Below are positions 1 through 23,100 of a stretch of 64,000 nt of DNA, piece after piece (position 1 is the first letter of the stretch; the number at the start of each line of letters is the position of its first letter). This DNA comes from Schmidtea polychroa (taxonomy: Eukaryota). Location of the stretch: the NCBI GenBank assembly GCA_044892525.1, contig CM097885.1, positions 30,630,001 through 30,694,000 of the forward strand, given 5' to 3'. The translations under genes and the position numbers were made by a program. The notes below the pieces were generated by a model. The model worked only from the letters and a program-made list of their open reading frames with translations. It searched no databases and was not told where the DNA came from.

Positions 1-530
1 TCTAAAAATATGACGTAATCATCGTTCTAAAAATGTGATGAGTCATTCTAAAAATATTAGGCATCATTCTAAAAAATAAGGTGAGTCATTGTCTTTGTTC
101 TAAAAATGTGATGAGTATTGGGCTTTAAGATGAGGTATCGTCCAATAAAATCGGTTGGCGGGAACATTAATTTTTGGGATGAAAAAAAGTATGTCACCGC
201 TGGACCAATTAATAATATTTGAATAATAATAATTTAACTTTGAAAAGATGGTGGTCATCAATTGTTAATAACATTAAAACTATTAAAGATATATAAGATA
301 CTTATAGCACATCTTAAAGGTCTTGCAATGGGCTTTAAGATGAGCTATCATCCAATAAAATCTGATGGTGGGAACATTAATTTTTGGGAGGAAAAAAAAA
401 TGTCACCGCTGGACCAATTAATTAAAACAAAAAATTAAATTAAAAAAATAAATGACCTTGACCTTTTAATTAAAAAAAATTTTTTTTCCCGGGGGGGTGG
501 GGGGTATGTGACCTGGCGGTGACATATCAT
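1..530. repeat. Tandem ~25-bp TTCTAAAAAT-containing units plus a ~94-bp direct duplication (120-213 / 330-423); probable transposon subterminal region in a POLG intron
   Basis: ttctaaaaat..tga repeats over 1-115; gggctttaagatgag...tgtcaccgctggaccaattaat occurs twice. Confidence 0.6.
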
Positions 531-893
531 ACTACTACTGGTGAAAAACAATAATTCACATTCTATTTTCAAATCGCTCTAACGTATCTCTAGCATTGTA
601 AAACAAAAATTGTAAAACAGCGTTAGAGAATTTATCATTCCAATATGTTTTCCGATGCTTACTTGATAACATTATATATCTGAACATAGCAATTTTCAAA
701 TTATCCAATTAAGCAATCGTTAAATTCATACTTAAATTGATCAAAAAATAGTAATAATTGATTTTGAGTGAATTGTAAGTATATAGCTATTGAAAAATTA
801 ACTTAATTTTGTGAATAAAGTATAAAGATAAAGGAAAAAGAAATAGAAAATAATCGATCAGTGGTGAAGAAGATAAAGATAATAATCTCCTAC

Positions 894-12648
<11,755 letters not shown>

Positions 12649-13079
12649 AAAATACCCACTATATGATAAAAGTTGTAAATTATTATTAAGAAATTTTAAA
12701 ATTTTTAGAAAATTTTAGTAATAAAATGACTTAACATTAAATATACAAAAATAATAATTAATTATTACTTTATAGTTCGAAACAAATTTAGCATTTTACA
12801 ATTAATGCAGCTTTGTTATAAATCAATATTAAAACAATGTCGAATTAAAGTTTTAAATTTAACTACATTTTTAATTCATTTTTAATTTTTATTCAATAGT
12901 TTTAAAATATTATACGAAAAATTTAAAATATAAAATAACTACTATTCCCCCAGAATCCAATACATAATACCTTAGAACTTTCTGAATTATTCCTTTAAAT
13001 GTGAAAATTTAATAATACATTGCTGATTTTATAACGCCATGACTTATTGACTATATATTTTGCCGATGGACAACAAATA

Positions 13080-13245
13080 TCGCTCCTTGTGGCAATTAAA
13101 GACAGAAATATTCCTCAAATTATTTACTTGGCATTCATATTTCGTTTAGCGTTTCTGATCAATATCACAGAGCACCTGAACGAATTGAATTTGAAGATCC
13201 AAAGTGTAAATTAGATGATTGTTCCTATGTTTAATAGCGTAGTAC
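13080..13245 (+). mobile_element. hAT-Charlie (SPIN/GTF2IRD2-like) transposase fragment
   Basis: Translates RLAFLINITEHLNELNLKIQS, matching the LAFLxDITxHLNxLNLKLQG family motif. Confidence 0.65.
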
Positions 13246-14129
13246 TCCAAATACAAGATTTTGTTGTGGGCAGTTGTTGCACGCTTCAATAATCTTACAA
13301 TCCCTATTAAAAGGCTTTCAAAAATTATTTATTTAGTTGTTGTATCGGCTCGAGGTCGTTTAATGCCCTTGTCATAGAGTTAATAGAATGTCCATTTTGT
13401 TCTGTTTACGGTTAAAAGACGTTGGTCCAAAACCTTTTTTGATATATCACCAATCATGGCTTCTAAGATTCCTTTGGTCTTCGAGAGACACCTCTGTTGA
13501 ATCTCAGAGTTACCACTATCTTTCATCGGCCATCATTATAGCTTATACCTTTGGAAGATATCCGCGTATATGGGTAATGGACAAGGCTCACCCTATATAG
13601 CGCACCGTTTTGACTCTAACCATTCCCTTATTAGTTTCTTACACCTATATACTTATTGTGTAGTACCACATCCAAGTTCATCTATAGGTGACATTGGAAT
13701 GGAAAGAGCGTTAGCTCTTTACTGCTCGCTAGGCAGATTCACATTCCATCCAATCTCTCTCGTTTGTCTTTCTTCTAACCTTCCATCCTTTATAATTTTT
13801 AGAGTATTCACAAATTCAGTTCACAAATTATCTAATGGGGATTTGACTATTTTAGAAATTAAGATTTCAAAATATTCTTATTTCTTATTAAATCTTTTGA
13901 TATCTTATAAAAATTCTAATTTAATTCACTCGTGTTAATTTCTTATTTATATAGTTTTAACAGGATACGACTATACTTATATCATCAAATGAAAAGTAAA
14001 AAATAATACCTAAATTGATTTTTTAATGAATTTAATGTTAAGAAAAATCTTTAGAAAGCAAAAAATAAAAATCAGTAAAATCCATCCGTAAAAAATTTGT
14101 AGTTTCATGTAATTTATTCAACAAGAACA

Positions 14130-14900
14130 CCGATGGCAGTTTTGGCAAGGAACTCTGGCGTTGTGAAAGAAGAACATGCAAATCATGACTTCATACACGT
14201 GCAAATTCAATTGTTCTTGTTGTTGGAGTTCACAACCACACAGTTACTCATGGACAAGTTGAGATTTAAAGGTTTTGTGCTAACGTCAAAACTAAAGCTG
14301 AAACAAGTGAAGAAACAGATGGATCGATTATTCAGAATGAGTTGATGAGTGTTCCTCGTTGTAGTAACTCATTTTTCAACACATCAAACTTTATCACGAG
14401 ATGTACGAAGACATCTGCAACTGACCGGATTAAATGATCAACAAGATATCATGGTGTATTCTAAGACACTTGATTTTTTTTCAAGATGCCAACATTGGTT
14501 TGCTGATGGAACATTTTGAGTAGTCACGAATAGATTCGATCAACTCCACAGTACATAGCTTTCTTTCTGGAGAAGTTGTTCCTGCAGTCTACGCATTACT
14601 GTCAACAACTTCTATAAACAACTTCTTCAAGAAATTATCAACTTGCGTGCAGATTTGAATCCGGTATCGGGCGTGTTTGATTTTGAATTAGCAGAAATAA
14701 TAGCTTTCAAAATACATTACCAATGCCACCAATAACTGAATTCATGTTTCACTTTGATCTGCGAGTCTGGAGGAAATTATAATCAGAAGGTTTTTCAAAC
14801 GTGACAAAGATGAACCGGATTTTTTGCTTATTGTCAAGCGTCTCTTATTCTAGTATTCATTCGGGAAGACAACGTCATAGAAGTTTTCGAAATTATGACT
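14130..14900 (+). mobile_element. Mutator (MULE) transposase pseudogene
   Basis: Frameshifted motifs HWFADGTF (~14493), VVPAVYALL (~14575), FDFELAEI (~14676) and FHF..VWRKL (~14745). Confidence 0.8.
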
Positions 14901-16388
14901 GCGGATCCAGAGTACCAAGAAATTGAAGTAATCTGGGATTGACAGGCCAGGAAGAGGAAGAAGAGGTCTGCCAAGATTCACAATTCTGCAAATCAACCTA
15001 GAGAATTCTCTGTAAAACTCTATTTCGCTTATAATTAAAAACAGAATGCAAATAAGAGTATACGCCATAGCAATATGTCCAGTGCACGTACGCAATGTGT
15101 ATGCGTAACTAGTTAACTACTCTGAAATCACTACTGCCAATGGTTCTTTTTTAAATTATGACCATGACGCGCAAGGCTTAAATATTCATGTCGCATCACA
15201 GTTTAAATGAAATAATTTTTCCAATTAAATGCGAGGTCAGTAGGTAGTAATGTGCACCCTAGATCCATGCGGTTTCGAGATCTGAGTACTCCCCCTACTT
15301 TTTTAAAAAAATTTTAAAACAACCTTACTTTTTTTAAAATTTTTTAGAGACCCCCCTACTTTTTTTAAATTAATTTTTTTTAATTATCGATTATGTACTA
15401 ATTTTAAATTTTGTTTTAATTATATACTATGTAATAATTTTAATTTGGTTTAGATCATTGATTATATCATCAATTTTCATTTTTTTATAAGAATTTTTTT
15501 TGTCAATATATTTGAAATTAAATTATCTATTAAATGACGTAATCGAAATTGTGAAATATAATTTTAGTGCACCATTTTTGAATTTACATATCTTTTTAAA
15601 CAACTTGAGATATTTTCACTCAAACAATATATAGATATAATTTTAATCTCTACAAAATGACATCATTATTTACTTCAAATTCACAATATAACACCTTAAA
15701 CAATGCATTTTTCAGCCAACTTTTACATACACAAATATTTTCAACTTTTAAAAAATACAAATTATTCATTTATACTTAAGATACATACATCTTTCTCATT
15801 CATTCATTAAACATACATTTTTGGATCATTGCTCCCAACACAATTAGATCTTTTTTTCTTTGCTGTAGATAAATTGAATGCTATCTAGTCAAACATAAGA
15901 CTTTCTATTCAAGCTAAAAACATTCACATACCTAGCATTTCTAAAAATAGTTATACTTTTTCCATGATCCTAAACCATTGTCATATCTTGCAACATGAGA
16001 TGTAAGATAATGAAATTACAGAGAGAGAACAGTGATCGCTAATGCATATCCTCCCGTTACAGTATTATCCTAAGGGAGCTATGTATTAATGAATAATATT
16101 GAAATGCCCGTAGTCAAATGATCATTTAAACATATTGGATTTCTCTTAAAAATTAATGTCATAAGGTAGTTTATGGTAGTATTTTAAATCCTATGGAAAT
16201 ATAACTAAAATAAAACCTGTAAACAAATTAAAACCTAAATGAAATTCTTGAAAATAAAACCTACGATCATTAACAAGTTTACCAAGAGGGTCATATGTCC
16301 AAAAAAAAATACAAATTACTAAAACATAAACACTTTCATATAAACATAACATAAAAGACGACAGAAATTGTGAATGCTTAATGGATTC

Positions 16389-16617
16389 TTAATGAATGCT
16401 AAAAGATTGGATGTGCTCAATCAAGTCTTGATCAATAGCCTCTTGGTTGACTTGTGTCTCTAACTGACGCACTCGGATCCTGAGGGCTTTGACCTCATTT
16501 TATCTTGTTGACTTTGCGTCTGCAGCTACCGGATGAACTGCAAACGTTTTTCATCTCTGTGGGGCTAAACCAAGTATTCTTAATCTCTCTATACCAGCCC
16601 TTGAGTTTGGACACTCG
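16389..16617 (-). pseudogene. Decayed paralog of the 25728-26099 coiled-coil ORF
   Basis: RVSKLKGWYREIKNTWFSPTEM/KRLQFIR*LQTQSQQD/NEVKALRIRVRQLETQVNQEAIDQD aligns with RLAKFNGRCRELEGTWFSPAEKQKRLKLIQQLQLQSTQDQTEIWALRLQIRSLEKQVHQRAIDQD. Confidence 0.7.
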
Positions 16618-17689
16618 GCACTACTTTTTGGCCAGTTTCCTTGTCAGCCCCTAGATCTCCCATTAATTTGAGCTTTAAATGGGCAAAATTCAATCGATAT
16701 TTCCACTATTATGGAATTCCCGCATAAAACTATCCCCAATTATGCACGGTACCCTCGTTTATTGTTACTTATTACCCACGGTGGTTAAGGGTTGGCGGTC
16801 TCGTTTGTAAATTTCCGGTTTACTTTTAATTTGCCTATCCCGGTATGCCTTAATAATAGCTCGTTTGACTATATTTGCAATTTATGAACCGGTAACTAGA
16901 CGAAGGGATGGATAGATGTTAGGTTTACAACAATTTCGATTTGGAAGTTGTGTTATATTTTAGACGTAATATGAGAGAGAAACTTTAGAAAATTGCATTG
17001 TTAATATTTACATCTATCTTCCGAACCTTTGACACTTTTGTTACCTACTACTATTTCCAAACCGCTACCACTGGTATTACTTACAACTATTTTTAATTAT
17101 AATTATAATTATATGATAATCTCCCAATATTTTAACACTAAGTATAGCTGGAATTTTCCTATTGATCATTAAACCAAGTGACAACAAGCACAACAAGAAG
17201 TGAAAATTTTATTTCTACCGCATGACACCAGATCTCCTCCCTATCTCTCCTAAGATCGTCGCATCAAACTGCACGGCCTTTCTCGTTTCCGTTGAGGTTC
17301 CAGAGGCGACCAGTTCACCGACTCGGGAAAGTGGATCTCTCGATTGTTGAATTTGACCTAATCATCGGCCCACTCATCATAGCAGGTCAGCAGTTCTTCG
17401 TCCGTACTGGGAATGAGTCCCTGCAAGATTTCTTCCTCGACCCTCCTCAGCCGGTTTATCGCCATGTGTACCTCATGTGTTAGATTTGTTCTGTTTGATA
17501 CAACCAACACAGTTAAAAATCTGACTCCAATTAAAAACGGAAAATGCGCGTAAGGTTAAATGAAAAAATAAAAGAAATGTTTTCCAAATTCTTTATTATT
17601 TATACAATTTTTTCTCCCGGTCTTCTTTCTCTTGTTTGTTGATTCTTTTCCACGGTTTCTATTTATCCCAAATTTATTCTTGGTCAGTG

Positions 17690-18623
17690 AATCCCGATAT
17701 TTGGTACCATTCAACTTCGTGAATGATATTTTCTTGAGCTACACCATTTCACAGTGGTCTCTCATCTGTTCGTATATCAACGTGGTAGTATCTGTTCTAC
17801 AACTACCAAATTTAGCGTTACATTGCGGGTGTGCCATCAGTTTTCCCGTAGCTACGTCAAATGTATCTTCATACTCCGTAGTTCTACCGAGTAGTCCTCA
17901 ATATCTACCACAACATAGACTAGATTATTACTGAGAACTTCCTTTCTCACTTCGCATGATTTGTCAGAATCTATGGTTCAACCCCAAATAATAGTTACTC
18001 CCAATAATATTAGTTACTTCCGATTTCCGCAATAATGAGTACCTCGTTGTCTTTTTTCTCAGTACCTTCTCGAAACACATCTAGAATATCTTTTGGTGAA
18101 ATGTTTACTGGCCTAGGGATTAGTGTTGCGGATAGAAAAGCTGAATAGTAATATTCGAATGGGGCTCTTTGAACTCTACATTCCTTTATCGTGGTTCTAT
18201 AGAACTCGCTCTATTGGTACACATAATATTCCACCTTTTCATCTTGATGGACCTTCTACGGATAGGCCTCTTTGCACTCAGTTGCATCCACTAGCGAAAA
18301 TATCCGAGATAGCTTGCGGTCATTACAGTCAAATGCTGTTAGTCAATTTGTTTGTCTCATTATGTACATAATGACTAAGAACATTAGAATTTAGAACATT
18401 ATATTTCCTGCCATCATATTTTCGTTGTTGGCAGTTTGCTCAACAAATTCATATCGTGGCTTAGGGGTTTCCTTGTCCCCCAAAATTTATTTTCGTTCAT
18501 CCAAGGTTCAAGATTCTGTTTGATAACTTTTTCTATTTTGTCGATTTCTTTGTTGATATGTTTTTCCTCGTTTCCAGACTCTACTAGAGCCGTTACGACC
18601 ATCATAGATAACAATGTTATCAT
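17690..18623 (-). pseudogene. Decayed viral/LTR-retroelement envelope glycoprotein, chuvirus-G-like
   Basis: Signal-peptide-like MITLLSMMVVTALVES. Then, across frameshifts: LTAFDCNDRKLSRIFSLVDATECKEA, KECRVQRAPFEYYY, VNISPKDILDVFREG, TIDSDKSC, FDVATGKLMAHPQCNAKFGSCRTDTTTLIYEQMRDHC. Confidence 0.6.
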
Positions 18624-20139
18624 TCTTCATTTGAGTGTATTTTTGGGTTGTCCTTTTTAATATTTTCTTCATTATTTTTCTGATCGATTGAGATAATTTC
18701 TCAACATTAATTTCCTTTACTTTGGATCCACCATTCAGGTTTGAGGATACCAATAATTTGCATTATTCTATGCCAGAGAAGAGATTTCTCATGTAATATC
18801 ATGTAATATCATAATAGTATATCCACTTCCTAATCTAACCCCGCTAACATCTTCAAATGTATATTCCAGGTCGTTTCTGGATTCGATTGCTCTTTAGTAG
18901 TTGGTTTCATCTGATCTTTTCGTGGACATATCCTGTTATCTTTTTTCGCATTTTTCCTTGGAGGAGGGGGGGTCTACTGTTTCCACTGCTTTTGGAGGAG
19001 GTGGGTCTACTGTTTCCACTGCTTGTGAAGTTGTAGCTCTCACGTTTGTCTCCTCTGGGTTCAGCTGGATGTAAGTGGTAGAGAAATCTTCTTCATCCAG
19101 ATCTACTTGTGGTATGGGTATTTCATCCAGCACGATTTATTCCACTTCATCAGGTAACCGTAATACCGACCATTAAAACTCGGGTGGCGTTACAGGTATG
19201 ACCATTACCGTCGTTGACTCGAACAGTAGACACCACGCGTCTACTAAATATTAGTCGTCGACTACTTGTTCTCCATGGATCATTATCAAAAATATATATG
19301 TTGTTAGTCCTAAGGCGGCTACGTCCCTTCTCATGGTTTTCACTTTTGTGAAACTGTGATATTCCTTTGACTCTTGCTCTACTACTCTCGCATCCAATGT
19401 TGTCATGCCTGTGATAATAGTGATAATAAATAATCATATGTGCATAGTTATATATTAATTTAATATAAAATTATTTAATATTTAATCTAATTTATTCATT
19501 TCCAATTACTATATCTAAAGGTTGTATATTAAAATAATGGAATTTTAATAAAAAATACACAAGGTAAAAAATACAAATAATTAATCACTTTTTAAAAATA
19601 TTAATTTTATTAATTTAAAATTTTATTTTCCCGAATATATGATAATTAAGGTGATGACTTCTTGAATTTTTTCTCAATTATCATTTCCTGTAGCATCATA
19701 ATTGGATGAACTTTTGCCTATTAATGACTAAAATGAAGTTTATTCCATTGAGATATAGAAAAAGGTCACGCACAAACCATTTTAAAATGTTATGTAGGCC
19801 ACTTTATCATATTATATAATTATATTAACCATATTTATTTAACTCGATAACAGTTTCTTTAATTTGTTACTTATTTAATATTTACTATAAGGCCTTTTCT
19901 ATTTCTGCTGCTGAGTACATGACAACATGCCATTCGAGAAGAACTCTTCTAACACGGCGAGGAACAAGGAAATCTGGACAAAGTACTTAATCAAGTTGCA
20001 AGCGTCATCAAGAGACAACATAGTAATTTATGAAGCATCTTTGAGTGAACGGAGTCGCATGCAAAGAAGTTAAGTTAACTGCACTCAAATTGAAAGATGG
20101 GGAAAGCTCAAACAGTCACAGAAGAAATAAAAATCAAAT

Positions 20140-23100
20140 TTTATTTTATAATACATTCATGCCGGTTAGGGCTGAAGGGGAGAGATTCTCAACCTTAAAA
20201 TTCTAAGGCTTCTTTCATTCATCAATCAACGATAAGTAGAGGCTCAATCGTTAGTACTGTTGTATTTCTTCTGTTAGGCTCAGTTACAAGGCTCAAGTTT
20301 TCAGAGGTTTTTCGGAGTTATCCATCAGGCAGTCCATATATAATCCAGTTGTAAGGTTGATTAGGAGAAGCTTTCACGATAGCTTCTGTCTGATAAGTTC
20401 GTAATCATTTGCATATTTTCGGTAGGCTTAAGGCTTTGAGTAGAAAGACTCATAGGTGATGTGTGTAGCGAGAATATTGATATGCATAATATAATAAAGA
20501 TAAAAAGAGTTGTTGAGGTTATGAATTAATATAATAATGATATGAAGACAAAAGTCACTCATCTTGATGTGGAATCCCTACAAGGATTCCTACATTTACC
20601 CAAAGAGAATGGAAAATACATATATACTCATATAAGTATGAACGCATAATACATAGAAAATTATTATGTAAATAAATAAGTAATATAAGTAGTTTATAAA
20701 ATAATAAGTAAATAAAATTATAGTAATTAGAAGGATAGATATGATATGCGTTGAGTAATATATACGTTTATACACATATACATGCATTAATAAGTTATAA
20801 AGTTTTATGATAAAATGTATAGGTGGTACATATGCAAATATATTAACCATAGAGAACAAATATATATGAGATACTTTGAATATATATTAAGTATATAAGT
20901 GATATATTCCTAGTCTTTGTATATATGCTGCCTGTAAATCTGGTAGCTGCTATTGATGGCCGCAGTGCAACATTTCTTTGCTAGGCTTTTGATCTCCGGG
21001 TTAGATAGGCCAACGATCCTAAGTATAGGATCATTCTTTTTATCCCATGAGCCAAGGGTGCCCACTACGAGGGCATGTACAGTGTGCGAGCATTTATGTA
21101 GACGTCCAATCTCGTCACCAAGCTCTTCATATTTTTCGTAATTATTTTTCCTAGCGTTAATATAGATTTCCCTTGAGTCAAAGGGAACTTTAATGTCAAG
21201 AATGTGAATTGACTTATTACGCTTAGATTTAAGAAGAAGGTCAGGCCGGAGATTGGAGGACATTCCTTCAGGTACTTTATAAATGTCCACATCAAAGTTT
21301 TTGGAGATAAAAAAGTTCTGCTGCAGTTTGCAGGACATTATCATGCTTATTTCTACGTGCATTTATTCTAGCTTGGCAGTGGTTAAAGATGTGTGCAGGT
21401 GTCTCAGAATGAGCATGACAATGCCTGCAAAGAATAGATTTTTTGGTTTTAAGGCGGTGAGGCGAGTAGTTAAGTTTCAAGATGTTATTACGAGCCCGTA
21501 TTAAGAAGAGAAATTGAAACACCAGGAAGAATGTCATTTTTAAAGAAGTAATTACCTATGCTACTCTCCCCAATTGCTTTTGCTATTTAACCTTGGCATT
21601 TCAACCTAACCCAGCATTCAGCATGAATAAGACTTATGACATTGTGAATTTCGGAAGAAGTAGACGATTAGGAGTCAGATATAAGGACGATGTCAGCAGC
21701 ATATGCCAGTATACCAATGTTGTGACCATGAAATAGGAAAGGGTGATTTTTTAGGACGTTGCGAAGTATAAAATCGATAGACAGACAGAAGAGTCATTGA
21801 TAAATGACAGCCCTGTTTGACTCCTTTAACAATTGGGACAGATGTTGAAAGTTCTCCTTCGCATTCAAAGAAAATTTGTACATTATTATACATATCTTTT
21901 ATAAAACTAATTGTATTGGCATTAAGTCTCATTTGGATAAGAGTGTACTAGATTAAATCATGAGGTATAGAGCCAAAAGCTATATCAAGCCAGATGATAT
22001 GTAAGTCAAGTTTCTTACGATAAGAGTAGTCCATAATCAGGTGTAGAGTTAAGTTGTGTTCAGCACAGCCATCAGATGCACCAATAGCCTTCTGGTTGTG
22101 CGTTAAGAGATTCCCTTCAATTATCCAGTTAAGAAGACGATTGTTAATCAGCGAGAAGAATATTCTATAAGCTGTATTCATGATGGAGATCGGTCTCCAA
22201 GAGTTAGCTTCATGGCTCACTTCAGATTTACCAGACTTAAAAAAAGTCTAGTGCGAAAGGTTTTCCAACTAGAAGGGCACTTAGAGTTACGGAGTATATT
22301 GTTACAGAGAGAGAGAATAAGTTCAAAGTCAGTAGATATTTTTCTCCAGTCAGAGAGTGAGATATTTTCCATACCAGGAGCAGTATTGTCCAGTTGAGTA
22401 AAGATATGTTTGATATCATCAATGTCGAAAGGAGAAGAGGAATATAATTCCGGATGAGAGGGGTATTGAGAATAGAAGTCAAAGGTACAATTTGTTGATT
22501 TACCAGCAAATAATATTAGGATATCATCCATAGTCGGTTTATGAGATTCCACTTTATTATTTAATATTTTAGAAATTTCCACTTTTGGGCTATATTTATA
22601 TTTCAGTCTTTTGGTAAAAATTAATTCTTTTGCAATTATAAAGTTTTTATGAATAATATCAGAAGGTTTGTTAATGATGTATTTTTGAGGATTAATGTTT
22701 CCATTAATTTTCTCAATCTCATCATCACCTTCAATAGTATTATTGTTAAGGTTAATTAGTAGGCTATTGATAAATGTTCGGTATTTCCGCACATCATCAT
22801 TTGGTAGTCTATGATTTACAAAATTGTTAATAATTGATTTAATAGTGGAGGTCGTAACAGGTATGTTAGGAGCAGTTAATTTTTTATTCTTGAATAAACA
22901 CTCAATAAAATGATATAAATACATAGGAGAGTCTGAAGGTGAGAAACAACGTGGGTATTCCAGTTTTTTTAAAAGGATTTTAATCGGTTATACAATTTTT
23001 TGAAGATCCAATATAGTTTCACGAATGTTATATGCAAGAATTGAATGATTGGATATACTATCATCAGTAATAGGATCGATAATAACCGCAAGCTTACTAC

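Noticed and set aside
13250..13930. Possible LTR-retrotransposon pol fragment on the minus strand
   Set aside because: Only faint motifs; no diagnostic RT or integrase residues readable
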